The translations under genes were made by a program, and so were the position numbers. Under the pieces are notes generated by a model. The model had not been told where the DNA came from. It saw only the letters and a program-made list of their open reading frames with translations, and did not search any database. From assembly GCA_900752335.1 (NCBI GenBank), contig CAADUZ010000001.1, positions 1,772 through 65,771 of the forward strand: a DNA stretch of 64,000 nucleotides. The letters run 5' to 3'. Of the stretch, positions 26,839 through 37,156 are shown piece after piece. How positions within the stretch are numbered: position 1 is the first letter of the stretch; the number at the start of each line of letters is the position of its first letter. Origin of the DNA: Clostridia bacterium. Its GTDB lineage: Bacteria; Bacillota; Clostridia; TANB77; CAG-508.

Positions 26839-28101
26839 TTATTTTTTGTTCCATTCTTCTTTGTTTGTTTGTCTTTGTCTTGCTATTGCTAATGCATAGT
26901 CTGGAACGTCATCTGTTATTGTTGATCCCGCTGCCACAAATGTTTCGTTTCCAAGTGTTACTGGTGCAACTAAATTTGTATTTGAGCCTATGAATGAGTG
27001 GTTTCCTATTATCGTTTTGCTTTTATGTAGTCCATCATAGTTACATGTTATTGTTCCACAACCTATGTTGCATTTTTCTCCTATTTCGCAATCTCCCATA
27101 TATGATAAATGTGGCACTTTTGTTCCTTCTCCGATTATTGCTTTTTTTATTTCTACAAAGCTTCCTATTTTTACTTTATTTGCTAATCTGCAGCCTTCAC
27201 GAATATATGAATTTGGTCCTATTTCGCAATCTTCCCCTATTTCTACGTCTGATTTTATTATTGTGTTTGGGTGAATTACTGTGTCCATTCCTATTTTCAC
27301 ACCATCATATATGTATGTTGTATTTATGTCTTCTATGGTTACACCATTTTTCATAAGTTCTGTGTTTACTCTCATTTGTAATACTTTTGTAAGCATTTCT
27401 AACTGAATTCTATCATTTACACCAAGTATTTCTGTGTTGTCTTCTACAACTACAGCTCCTGTTTTTAATCCTTTTTTGTTCATTATTCCTATTACGTCTG
27501 TTATGTAATATTCTCCTTGCGCATTGTTTGGTTTAAGTTCTTCTAATGCTGCAAGTAATTCTTCTATGTCAAAACAATATATTCCTGCGTTTATCTCTTT
27601 TATTTCTTTTTGATCATCTGTTGTATCTTTTTCTTCTACTATTGCTGATACGTTTCCGCCTTCATCTCTTATTATTCTTCCATAGCCATATGGGTTGTCA
27701 TATATAGCTGTTAGAAGGGTTGCATATTCTTTATTTTCTATGCTTTTTTCTAATAATTTATTTAATGTTTCTGGTCTTAATAGTGGTACATCGCCATTTA
27801 AGACAAGTACTCTACCCTTTTTTCCTTGCAAGTATTCTTTTGCTTGTAATACAGCATGCCCAGTTCCTAGCATGTCATCTTGATATGCATATTTTACAGT
27901 ATCTCCTAATACTGCCATTACTTCTTCTTTTTGATATCCAACTACTGCTACAATGTCACTTACGCCTGCGTTTTCCGCATTTTCGACTGCTCTTTTTACT
28001 ATTTCTTTTCCATATATTTTTTGTACTAATTTCGATTTTTTTGATTTCATTCTAGTACCTTTTCCTGCTGCCATTACAATCGCCATAATATTTTCTTTCA
28101 T
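26839..28101 (-). CDS. glmU: Bifunctional UDP-N-acetylglucosamine pyrophosphorylase / GlcN-1-P acetyltransferase
   Basis: MAAGKGTRMKS nucleotidyltransferase motif and C-terminal left-handed beta-helix hexapeptide repeats. AAGGAAG RBS before MKENIM. Confidence 0.85.
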   Translation of the reverse strand: MKENIMAIVMAAGKGTRMKSKKSKLVQKIYGKEIVKRAVENAENAGVSDIVAVVGYQKEEVMAVLGDTVKYAYQDDMLGTGHAVLQAKEYLQGKKGRVLVLNGDVPLLRPETLNKLLEKSIENKEYATLLTAIYDNPYGYGRIIRDEGGNVSAIVEEKDTTDDQKEIKEINAGIYCFDIEELLAALEELKPNNAQGEYYITDVIGIMNKKGLKTGAVVVEDNTEILGVNDRIQLEMLTKVLQMRVNTELMKNGVTIEDINTTYIYDGVKIGMDTVIHPNTIIKSDVEIGEDCEIGPNSYIREGCRLANKVKIGSFVEIKKAIIGEGTKVPHLSYMGDCEIGEKCNIGCGTITCNYDGLHKSKTIIGNHSFIGSNTNLVAPVTLGNETFVAAGSTITDDVPDYALAIARQRQTNKEEWNKK

Positions 28102-28271
28102 ATTTCTACTTCCTTTCAAGTATATTTTATGTTCCTATACAAGGAATGTTATCATTTTATCATAATAATTTTTTTTTTGCAAATTTTCAATATTTTGTCA
28201 TAACTTAAATTTCTTTTAATATACATTAAATAAAGTTTAGTACAAACATTTTTAAGGAGGTTATATATTTA

Positions 28272-29753
28272 ATGGAGGAGAATTTAAAATTATATCAAGA
28301 TATAGCTAATCGTACTCAAGGAGATATATATGTTGGAGTAGTTGGTCCTGTAAGAACTGGTAAGTCTACATTTATAAAGCGTTTTATGGATCTACTCGTT
28401 ATACCAAATATTGATAATGAATATAAGCGTGAAAGAGCAAGGGATGAGCTTCCTCAAAGTGCTGGTGGCAGAACCATTATGACTACGGAACCAAAATTTG
28501 TACCTAATGAAGCTGTTGAAATTACTATTGGAAATAATTTAAAGCTTAAAACTCGCTTGGTTGACTGTGTTGGATATCTTGTAAATAATGCTATTGGCTA
28601 TTTAGAAGACGATATGCCTAGAATGGTTAAAACACCTTGGTTTGAAGAAGAAATTCCTTTTGAAGAAGCAGCAGAAATTGGAACTAAAAAAGTTATTGAA
28701 GAGCATTCAACTATTGGAATTTTAGTTACAACAGACGGAAGCATTACAGACATTCCAAGAGAAGACTATATTGATGCAGAAGAAAGAGTAGTACGAGAAC
28801 TAAAGGAATTAAATAAACCATTTGTAATAGTATTAAATTCAGATGACCCATTTTCAGATTACACTAAAAATTTAGCAAAAGAATTAGAGGAAAAATATCA
28901 AACTGCGGTTATCCCAACAGACTGTTCAAGACTTGATATGGAAGATATAAGCGATATTTTTGGAAAAATCCTATATGAATTTCCAATAGAAAAAATGAAC
29001 ATTAATTTTCCAAAATGGGTAGATGGCTTATCTGATTCGCATTGGTTAAAGGAAGAATTGTATAATGAAATTAAAGACGCATTTACAAATATTCGTATTT
29101 TAAAACAGGTGGACTCTGGAATAGTCAAATTACAAGGCACCAAGATAATTAAAAGCACAATAATTAGCGAAATAAAACTTGGCGAAGGTACTGTAAACAT
29201 TACAATAAATTTATATGACGAACTATTTTATAAGGTACTTACAGAAATATCTGGTGTTGAAATTAATAATGAAGGAGATTTATTCTCTACAATTACCAAT
29301 TTGGCAGAAACTAAAAAAGAATATGATAAAATTTCAAACGCATTAGAAGAAGTAAAAGCAACAGGATATGGAATAGTTACACCATCTATCGACGAGTTAA
29401 TATTAGATGAACCTGAAATAATTAAGCAAGGCAGTCGATTTGGCGTTAAACTTCGTGCACGTGCTCCATCAATTCACTTAATAAAAGCAGAAATAGAAAC
29501 TGAAGTATCTCCAATAGTTGGAAGTGAAAAACAGTCTGAAGAATTAGTAAATTACTTGCTTTCTAACTTTGAAGATGACCCAGCAAAAATTTGGGAATCA
29601 AATATATTTGGAAGGAGCTTACATGAACTTGTAAATGAAGGATTACAAACAAAACTTGCAAAAATGCCTGTAGATGCTCAAAGCAAGTTACAAGAAACAT
29701 TAGAAAGAATTGTAAATGAAGGAAGTGGCGGACTAATCTGCATTATTCTATAA
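28272..29753 (+). CDS. spoIVA: Stage IV sporulation protein A (spore coat morphogenetic ATPase)
   Basis: IYVGVVGPVRTGKSTFIKRFM Walker A, 493 aa, and a highly characteristic N-terminus. Confidence 0.9.
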   Translation: MEENLKLYQDIANRTQGDIYVGVVGPVRTGKSTFIKRFMDLLVIPNIDNEYKRERARDELPQSAGGRTIMTTEPKFVPNEAVEITIGNNLKLKTRLVDCVGYLVNNAIGYLEDDMPRMVKTPWFEEEIPFEEAAEIGTKKVIEEHSTIGILVTTDGSITDIPREDYIDAEERVVRELKELNKPFVIVLNSDDPFSDYTKNLAKELEEKYQTAVIPTDCSRLDMEDISDIFGKILYEFPIEKMNINFPKWVDGLSDSHWLKEELYNEIKDAFTNIRILKQVDSGIVKLQGTKIIKSTIISEIKLGEGTVNITINLYDELFYKVLTEISGVEINNEGDLFSTITNLAETKKEYDKISNALEEVKATGYGIVTPSIDELILDEPEIIKQGSRFGVKLRARAPSIHLIKAEIETEVSPIVGSEKQSEELVNYLLSNFEDDPAKIWESNIFGRSLHELVNEGLQTKLAKMPVDAQSKLQETLERIVNEGSGGLICIIL

Positions 29754-29760
29754 GTTTTTT

Positions 29761-29820
29761 GAAACAAGGGGACACACATTTTGTTCCAAAAATGGAACAG
29801 AATGTGTGTCCCCTTGTTTC
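29761..29820. repeat. Palindromic repeat family, copy B (60-bp near-perfect palindrome)
   Basis: GAAACAAGGGGACACACATTTTGTTCCA-AAAA-TGGAACAGAATGTGTGTCCCCTTGTTTC, with 27/28 arm pairing. It fills the gap between the convergent spoIVA and 29823..30488. Confidence 0.85.
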
Positions 29821-29822
29821 AA

Positions 29823-30488
29823 TTAATCCATTCTTTTATATGAGAAAGTGTATATTCCCTCTACACCCCATAATGCACTTTGTGAAGCTTTTGTTGTTTC
29901 TAATCTTAATTCAATAGAGTTGTCATTTAAGGTTATTGTACCATTACCACTTGTGCCCCAATTATCTGTATAAGTAAATGTTCCGGTATTGCCTTCCAAG
30001 TTCACTACTATATCATCTAATTTTCCTTCTCTTTGTGTTGGTGCAGGACTTGTTAATATAAAGTCAAAACTTATTGTGTTTTGAAAATATTTATCTACGT
30101 CTAGCTCCACAATATTAGTATTTGCTTCAGACTGCATTTCTGCTTCAAATTCTGTATCAGAAATCATGTTGTCTTCTCTTCTATCCATTATGCTGTCTAT
30201 TCTTTCTGCATTCATATATGCTTCTTCACTAATGTACCATTCTCCTACATAATTTGTTGTGTTTGTATTTGTTTTATTAGTGTTTGGATTAATTTCTTCA
30301 TTTACATTATTTTGATTAGCTACTTCATTTGTCACCTTATTTGCTACGTCATTTGCATCTGGCATATCTGCTATGTTGCTACTTCCCGCTTCATTTAAAT
30401 TTTTATTTGCATCCCAAATTGCATATCCAAATATTGCTGCTATTATTAAAACAATTAATATAAATATAATAATATTTGCTTTTTTCAT
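29823..30488 (-). CDS. Membrane-anchored protein of unknown function
   Basis: N-terminal TM, an N-rich linker and a beta-rich C-terminal domain. GGAGG RBS before MKKANI. Confidence 0.45.
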   Translation of the reverse strand: MKKANIIIFILIVLIIAAIFGYAIWDANKNLNEAGSSNIADMPDANDVANKVTNEVANQNNVNEEINPNTNKTNTNTTNYVGEWYISEEAYMNAERIDSIMDRREDNMISDTEFEAEMQSEANTNIVELDVDKYFQNTISFDFILTSPAPTQREGKLDDIVVNLEGNTGTFTYTDNWGTSGNGTITLNDNSIELRLETTKASQSALWGVEGIYTFSYKRMD

Positions 30489-30622
30489 AATAACCTCCAT
30501 ACCATTTAATTTTGAAATTAGTATATCATAAAGTTATAAAAAATACTATATTTTTTTGTTTTTATACATATTTTATTTGTTTTTGGAAAATATATACTAA
30601 ATAAATTTATTAGGAGATATAC

Positions 30623-32302
30623 ATGAAATTAGTTGATACTTTTAAGAAAATATTTTTTCCAATAGAAGAGCCAAAACATGATTTCTCTCTTCCTGCTGAA
30701 AATGCAGAAATGCCTAACGCAAACGACGATACCCTCGACGTAAAAAACATATTTCCTAGCATTGACGTAAATATGGAATATATAAAAGTAAAATATAATT
30801 TATTGATAAATAGCGACATTATTTTACGTGAATTTTTGCTTACTGCAAGGAACAAACAATACAGAGCTTTTCTTCTTTTTATTGATGGCATGACTGATAT
30901 GAATTTAGTGAATGATTATGTATTAAAACCGCTAATGTTAAAAAATAGTGCAAATTCTTTTGAAGGTAACCAAAATCAAGTGATTTCTGAAGCCGTAACA
31001 AATAATATTACTGTAAGAAAAGTAAAAAAATTCAATATCAAAGAATATATTTTGAATTCTTTGCTCCCACAAAATAATGTAAAGGTCCAAAAAGAATTTA
31101 ATGAAATTTTTTCTAGCGTTAATTCTGGAAATTGTATGCTTTTTATTGATACTTTAGATATCGCATTTGATATAGACGTGAAAGGCTTCAAAACCAGATC
31201 AATTAATAAGCCGGAAAATGAAGTGGTTTTGCGAGGTCCACAAGAAGCTTTTGTAGAAAATATACGTACAAATACTTCTCTTATTAGGCGTATTATTAAT
31301 AACGAAAATCTGATTATGGAAAATATACGAATTGGAAAAGTAAGTAAAACTGCTTGTGCTATTTGCTATATGAAAAATATTGCAAATGACGATTTAGTTG
31401 CAGAAGTAAAGTTTAGGCTTAACAATATAAATATTGATTATTTGGTTTCTTCTGGCGAATTGGAGCAGCTTATCGAAGATAATTCTAAATATAGCCTTCC
31501 TCAAATGATTTCAACCGAAAGACCAGATAAAACCGCCACATATCTTTTAGAAGGTAGAGTTGCAATTATTGTAAATGGAAGTCCATATGCATTAATACTT
31601 CCAGCTGTATTTATTGATTTTTTGGAATCTTCTGAAGATAAGAACATAAAATTTCAGTTTGCTAATCTGTTAAAAATAATAAGAATTGCAGCCTATTTAA
31701 TAACATTGCTTCTACCTGGAGTTTACGTTGCAATAACTAGCTTCCATTTAGAGTTTATCCCTACAGAATTGTTATTTGCTATTGTTGCTTCCCGTGCTTC
31801 TGTTCCATTTTCTATCATTTTTGAAATTATAATAATGGAACTATCTTTTGAGCTTATACGAGAAGCTGGCTTAAGAGTACCTAGTCCCATAGGACCTACT
31901 ATTGGTATTATTGGTGCTTTAATTATTGGTCAAGCTGCTGTAGATGCCGGAATTGTTAGCCCTATTTTAATAATTATTGTTGCTATAACAGGTATTACTT
32001 CTTTTGCAATTCCAGACTATTACCTGGCTTTTCATTGTAGAGTTTGGCGATTTGTATATATTATTCTAGGATATTTAGCAGGCCTACTTGGTATTGCCTT
32101 TGCATCTTTTGCTTATCTGCTTATAGCAGCTAAAGTTCAGTCATTTGGTGTATCATATTTAGAACCATATATTCCTTCAAAAGGCAAAGCTTCTAATGGA
32201 TTTTTTGATAAGCCTATATGGAAGCGAGAAAAACGAGATTCTTTTCTTGATACTAAAAAAGAAGATAAACAAGAACATATAAGTATGAAATGGAGATATT
32301 AA
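30623..32302 (+). CDS. Spore germination protein, GerA-family A subunit
   Basis: Motifs VLRGPQEAFVENIRTN, TERPDK, and a C-terminal five-TM block with GPTIGIIGALIIGQAAV. Confidence 0.85.
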   Translation: MKLVDTFKKIFFPIEEPKHDFSLPAENAEMPNANDDTLDVKNIFPSIDVNMEYIKVKYNLLINSDIILREFLLTARNKQYRAFLLFIDGMTDMNLVNDYVLKPLMLKNSANSFEGNQNQVISEAVTNNITVRKVKKFNIKEYILNSLLPQNNVKVQKEFNEIFSSVNSGNCMLFIDTLDIAFDIDVKGFKTRSINKPENEVVLRGPQEAFVENIRTNTSLIRRIINNENLIMENIRIGKVSKTACAICYMKNIANDDLVAEVKFRLNNINIDYLVSSGELEQLIEDNSKYSLPQMISTERPDKTATYLLEGRVAIIVNGSPYALILPAVFIDFLESSEDKNIKFQFANLLKIIRIAAYLITLLLPGVYVAITSFHLEFIPTELLFAIVASRASVPFSIIFEIIIMELSFELIREAGLRVPSPIGPTIGIIGALIIGQAAVDAGIVSPILIIIVAITGITSFAIPDYYLAFHCRVWRFVYIILGYLAGLLGIAFASFAYLLIAAKVQSFGVSYLEPYIPSKGKASNGFFDKPIWKREKRDSFLDTKKEDKQEHISMKWRY

Positions 32303-32303
32303 A

Positions 32304-33416
32304 ATGAATTATACAAAACTTGGTAATTTTGAAGCTGTTTGCTTAATTGTAATTTTATTTATTAATCATCTTGTGCTTAATTTGCCACAAATGATATTAG
32401 ATAATTCTGCTAATGCTTCTACTTTAAACTCCATATATATCCTTGCGCTTTCACTTTTGTTTGTCTTTCTTGTACTAAAACTTTTAAAAAATTTTACAGG
32501 TTTAGATATTATTGATATTTCTGAATATCTTGGTGGAAAATTTTTAAAAATTTTAGTAGGTATACTTTGCATAATTTATCTTATTATAGAGGCATCTTTT
32601 TTAGTAAGGATGTTTTCCAAAAACCTTCTTCTTGCATATTTTAACAACTACCCTATATCATTTATTATTTTTATGTTTTTATTTGTAGTTGTTGTGGCCA
32701 ATTTGATGGGCAGGAAATCTATTATTAAGGTAAATACTATGGTTATGCCAGTAGCACTTTTTAGCATTTTATTTACATTTGTATTTGTAGCCAACTTATT
32801 AAGAATTGAACTTTCTCTTCCAATTTTTGCAGATGGTGCTAACACAATATTTATTACTGGTGCAAGTAATATTTTTGCATTTAATGGGCTCTTCTTTTTG
32901 TTTTTCATTTCTCCTTTGTTAGATAAAAAAGAAGATATTTCAAAAGTTGCCTTTTCCTCTACATTAATATGTGGCATATTTTTGATTTTGTCTATACTTG
33001 CACTAGTATTTGCTTTTTCTGACATATATTCTATTATTAGAGTATCTCCACTTTATTTTATAATTATAAATAGCAAACTTACTAGTTTTTTGGAAAGACC
33101 GGAAATAATATTTATATTTATTTGGGCACTAGCACTTATGTCGTTTTTAAGTGTTGCTGTAATGTTTGTTTTGAATATATTTAAAAAATTAACTAATACA
33201 AAAAATGTACAAAATTTAGCTGTAACTGTATGTACAATTATTTTTGTAATTTCTCTTTTGATTAATAATGTATTTACTTTAGAAAAAATTGCTAACTTTT
33301 TCTATAAATATGCAAGTTTAATTTTGATTTTTGGTATTTTTACTTTAATTTTAATTGGAGCAAATATCAAAAAGAGGAAAACTAAAACAGTTCAAATTAC
33401 GGCTAATAAAGAGTAA
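32304..33416 (+). CDS. Spore germination protein, GerA-family B subunit (APC-type permease)
   Basis: Ten-TM protein of 370 aa, starting 1 nt after the A-subunit stop. Confidence 0.8.
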   Translation: MNYTKLGNFEAVCLIVILFINHLVLNLPQMILDNSANASTLNSIYILALSLLFVFLVLKLLKNFTGLDIIDISEYLGGKFLKILVGILCIIYLIIEASFLVRMFSKNLLLAYFNNYPISFIIFMFLFVVVVANLMGRKSIIKVNTMVMPVALFSILFTFVFVANLLRIELSLPIFADGANTIFITGASNIFAFNGLFFLFFISPLLDKKEDISKVAFSSTLICGIFLILSILALVFAFSDIYSIIRVSPLYFIIINSKLTSFLERPEIIFIFIWALALMSFLSVAVMFVLNIFKKLTNTKNVQNLAVTVCTIIFVISLLINNVFTLEKIANFFYKYASLILIFGIFTLILIGANIKKRKTKTVQITANKE

Positions 33417-33441
33417 ATCTACGTATATAGGTGGAGGTTTT

Positions 33442-34690
33442 ATGAATTATAAAGTACGAAAAATATTTGCAATATTAATACTAACCATATTATTTTTAGT
33501 AGCTACAACTAGTTACTACGGAATACGCGGAATTGATAATTTAGCTTATGTTGTAGCTATGGGTATAGATGTTGGCGAAGATGAAAATTTATTAATTAGT
33601 CTTCAAATTTCATTACCAGGCGGCTCTAGTAGTGAATCTGGTAGCTCTTCCTCGCAGTCAACTTCTGTTGTGGTTGAATCTGTAGAATGTCCTTCTATAA
33701 ATACTGGTATTAACTTGTTTAACAGTTATTTAGGTAAAGAAATTAATCTTTCGCATTGTAAAGTAGTAGTAATTTCAGAGGAATTTGCTAAAAATGGTGT
33801 TAGTGAAGTTTTATATACTCTTACAAATGCCATTCAATTTAGAACAACCTCAAATATAATAATAAGTAAATGTGATGCAAAAACATATTTGGAATCTTCT
33901 TCCCCTCTTTTAGATAAAATTTCTGCTAGATATTACGAAATAGCACCAACTTCTAGTGAATACACAGGTTATACAGAAAGTATTACTTGCAATGAATTTC
34001 TATCAGCAATAAATAGTAGTTTTTCAAGTCCTGTAGCAATACTTCGGTTCAATTAATTCTAAAGATACTCAAAATAAAGCAAATGCAAATAATCCATCAT
34101 ATACAGCAGGAGAAACACCTATCTCTCCAAAAAATGATGGTGTTGAAACAATGGGGCTTGCAGTCTTTAATTCTGATAAATTAGTTGGAGAACTTACTGG
34201 CTTCGATTCGATTTGCCATTTGATAATTTCTAGCAAATTAAAAAACGCACAAATTCGAATTCCTAGCCCTGTGAAAGAACTTGATTATATAGATTTATAT
34301 ATTGAGCTTGATAAAAGCACTAAAAACTCTGTATATTTGGTAAATAGCTCCCCATATGTAACTTCGAAGATAGAAATAACGGCAAAAATGCAGTCTATGA
34401 ACGAAAATATTGATTTAAAAGATGACGAATTAGTACAAAAAATTGAAACTTCGGCAACTGTATATTTAAAAGAGCAAATACAAAATTATTTATACAAAAC
34501 TTCAAAAAGTCTTCATGCTGATATTGATGGCTTTGGGTTATACGCGTTAAAATATTTCTCTACAAATAGTGAATGGGATGAATACAACTGGCTTAATCAC
34601 TACAAAGATGCATATTTTAATGTAGATATTAATGTTAACTTACGTTCTAGCTATTTACTTACAGCAACTAATCAGGAAGGAGAAAAATAA
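33442..34690 (+). pseudogene. GerA-family C subunit split by a frameshift near 34037-34056
   Basis: Frame 1 (MNYKVRKIF...SSPVAILRFN-stop at 34056) and frame 2 (open from 34037: QYFGSINSKDTQNK...MGLAVFNSDKLVGELTG...) together give about 415 aa, the normal GerxC length. Confidence 0.7.
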
Positions 34691-34840
34691 ATGGAATTTG
34701 TAATTTTCCTTGCAAGCATATATGCTTTTTTAGAAACTGCTATATCTGGATATTTTGAATTTAAAGAAAATAAATTTGTGTGGATATTACTTTTTATACT
34801 TGCTATATTTTGTTTAATAGTGCCTAGCATGTTTGCCTAG
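34691..34840 (+). CDS. Unannotated 49-aa two-TM peptide at the end of the ger operon
   Basis: Its ATG abuts the gerC stop (TAAATG). It reads MEFVIFLASIYAFLETAISGYFEFKENKFVWILLFILAIFCLIVPSMFA, and the operon terminator follows it. Confidence 0.35.
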   Translation: MEFVIFLASIYAFLETAISGYFEFKENKFVWILLFILAIFCLIVPSMFA

Positions 34841-34848
34841 GCACTATT
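34816..34848 (+). terminator. Intrinsic terminator of the ger operon
   Basis: AATAGTGCCTAG-CATGTTTGC-CTAGGCACTATT forms a 12-bp stem followed by ATTTTT. Confidence 0.6.
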
Positions 34849-34857
34849 ATTTTTCCT

Positions 34858-36717
34858 CTATTCTTTCTCTTCTACTACGTTTTCTTCTGTTTCTTCCGAA
34901 AGCACTTTTTCAAAGTCAATTTGCCTTGAATTTTTATCAGCTCTAATAACTCTTATTCTAATCTTATCTCCAATATGATACATGGTTTTAGTTTTTTCTC
35001 CAAGTAGTGTTTTATTATTCTCATCATATATAAAGTATTCGTTTCCTAGTTTATCAAACCTTATCATACCTTCTACTGTATTTTCTAATTCCACAAATAT
35101 ACCAAATGAAGTAATGCTAGATATAACACCATCATATTCTTCTCCAATATGTCCTTCCATATATTCTGCCATTTTAATGTCCACACTTTCTCTTTCAACC
35201 TTTTGAGCGATTTTTTCTCTTTCTGAAGATTCTTCTGCGTACTTGCTAGCTTGTGCAGAATATTTTTCTATATCTTCTTCTGATAAATTATATCCATGGC
35301 TTAAATATTTTGAAATTATCCTATGTATGAAAAGGTCTGGATATCTTCTAATTGGCGAAGTAAAGTGGCAATAATACTTGCTTGCAATACCAAAATGCCC
35401 TTTGTTTTCGCTTTCATATCTCGCTACTTTAAGCGTTCTTAAAACAAGATTTGAAACTACTCTTTCTTCTGGTTTTCCCTTTATTTTACTTAATACTTCT
35501 GCAAAAGCAGTAGGATGAACTTCGTCTTTTTTACATTTTATTCTATATCCTAAATTAAACAAGAATTTGTTAAGTTCACTAACTTTATCCATATCTGGTG
35601 CTTCATGCACTCTATAAATAAAAGGAGCTTCAAGCCAGAAAAACTTTTCTGCAACAGTTTCATTTGCAGTAAGCATAAACTGCTCAATTATCTCATTTGC
35701 AAAGGTTAATTCATATTTTGTAATATCAACTGCAATACCTCTTTCATTTAAAATAACCTTTGTTTCTGGAATATTTAAATCCAAACTTCCAGCTCTTTCT
35801 CTTCTTTTCTTTAAAATATGTGCAAGTTCTTCCATTCTTTTAAAATGCTCTATATATTTTGAATAATACTTAACTACTACTTTATCTGAATTATCAAGTA
35901 TTTTTTGTACATTTGTATAGCTCATTCTTTCAGTTACTTTTATAACACTTTTAAATATGTCTGAAGATACTACCTCTCCGCTTTCGTTAATTTCCATCAC
36001 ACACGAAATTGCAAACCTATCCTTCATAGCGTTTAAACTGCATATTCCATTAGAAAGTTCTACTGGAAGCATTGGTATTACTCTGTCTAGCATGTACACA
36101 CTAGTCCCCCTTGCAATAGCTTCTTTATCTAAAAAAGAACCTTCTTTCACATAATGGCTAACGTCCGCAATATGCACCCCTAAAATATAATTGCCATTTT
36201 CTAATTTTTTTACATTTACAGCATCATCTAGGTCTTTTGCATCTTCTCCATCTATAGTAAATATTTCTTCGTTTCTTAAATCTCTTCTATTTGCAATATC
36301 TTTCTTGTCGATTTCTTGTTTAATGCTTTTTGCTTCGTCTAAAACTGGTTTTGGAAACTCATATGGCAAGTCATACTCTTTAACTAAAGAAAGCATGTCA
36401 ACACCAGCTTGGTCAATATATCCAATTATTTCTACAATTTTTCCCTCTGCATTCTTGTCTACTTTTGGTAATTTTGTAATTTCTACAACCACCTTTTGAT
36501 TATTTTTAGCCTTCATTGTATACTTTTTTGGAATATATATATCTGTTCCAAGCTTTTTATCGTCAGGCACAACAAATCCAAAATTCCTACTCTTTTGGTA
36601 TGTGCCAACTATTTTATTTCTCTCTAATTCAAATATCTTGCTGTCTTCTTTTACATTTCTTTTTTCTTGTTTACTATTTATTTTTTTATATACTTTTTCT
36701 ACTTCTTTTTTACTCAT
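34858..36717 (-). CDS. rnr: Ribonuclease R (RNB-family 3'-5' exoribonuclease)
   Basis: RNB motifs IDGEDAKDLDDAV and HFTSPIRRYPD, plus a C-terminal S1 domain. Confidence 0.9.
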   Translation of the reverse strand: MSKKEVEKVYKKINSKQEKRNVKEDSKIFELERNKIVGTYQKSRNFGFVVPDDKKLGTDIYIPKKYTMKAKNNQKVVVEITKLPKVDKNAEGKIVEIIGYIDQAGVDMLSLVKEYDLPYEFPKPVLDEAKSIKQEIDKKDIANRRDLRNEEIFTIDGEDAKDLDDAVNVKKLENGNYILGVHIADVSHYVKEGSFLDKEAIARGTSVYMLDRVIPMLPVELSNGICSLNAMKDRFAISCVMEINESGEVVSSDIFKSVIKVTERMSYTNVQKILDNSDKVVVKYYSKYIEHFKRMEELAHILKKRRERAGSLDLNIPETKVILNERGIAVDITKYELTFANEIIEQFMLTANETVAEKFFWLEAPFIYRVHEAPDMDKVSELNKFLFNLGYRIKCKKDEVHPTAFAEVLSKIKGKPEERVVSNLVLRTLKVARYESENKGHFGIASKYYCHFTSPIRRYPDLFIHRIISKYLSHGYNLSEEDIEKYSAQASKYAEESSEREKIAQKVERESVDIKMAEYMEGHIGEEYDGVISSITSFGIFVELENTVEGMIRFDKLGNEYFIYDENNKTLLGEKTKTMYHIGDKIRIRVIRADKNSRQIDFEKVLSEETEENVVEEKE

Positions 36718-36792
36718 TAATTTTTCTCCTAAAAAAAGAACATATATATTTAAATTTATATATGTTCTAATATATTTTCATTTATTAATAAC

Positions 36793-37041
36793 TTACATTA
36801 CAAATAATATTGATAACGCAATCGCAAGTACAACAAATAAAACACCTGTAACAACTGTTGCTCTTTTTATTTTTCCCTCTTTTGTTCTACCTTTGTTTTG
36901 CTCATAAAAATTATTTGCAGCTGCTCCTGTAACTGTTTGTGAAGCACCATTTGTATCTCTTGCTTGTATTGTTGCAAGTACTATTAATACTATACATACT
37001 AAAACATATATAACTAATACTATATTTCTTACTATTTCCAT
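36793..37041 (-). CDS. secG: Preprotein translocase subunit SecG
   Basis: About 82 aa with two TMs and a G/S/T-rich loop (TNGASQTVTGAAANNF). It lies upstream of rnr, as in many Firmicutes. Confidence 0.75.
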   Translation of the reverse strand: MEIVRNIVLVIYVLVCIVLIVLATIQARDTNGASQTVTGAAANNFYEQNKGRTKEGKIKRATVVTGVLFVVLAIALSILFVM

Positions 37042-37156
37042 TAAAATCAATTCCTTCCTAGTTTCTCTTTTAGTAACAGTAAATATTTTAACATATATTC
37101 GTATTAATTTCAAGTATTTATCGCAAGAAATTTGCGATTATGTGTTTACATAATTT

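Noticed and set aside
26695-26892. 65-aa plus-strand ORF across the glmU-tRNA intergenic region.
   Set aside because: It is created by reading through the palindromic repeat (the peptide repeats VCPLVSV), and it has no RBS. It is explained by repeat copy A.
28197-28227. Possible SigE-type promoter (GTCATAAC...ATACATT) upstream of spoIVA.
   Set aside because: It is only a loose match to the kmATATT / CATACAnT consensus in a very AT-rich region. The call would rest on expectation rather than on sequence.
34691-34857. smpB and tmRNA (ssrA), which follow secG-rnr in many Firmicutes.
   Set aside because: Downstream of rnr there is only the convergent ger operon and its terminator. No tRNA-like or tmRNA sequence is present.
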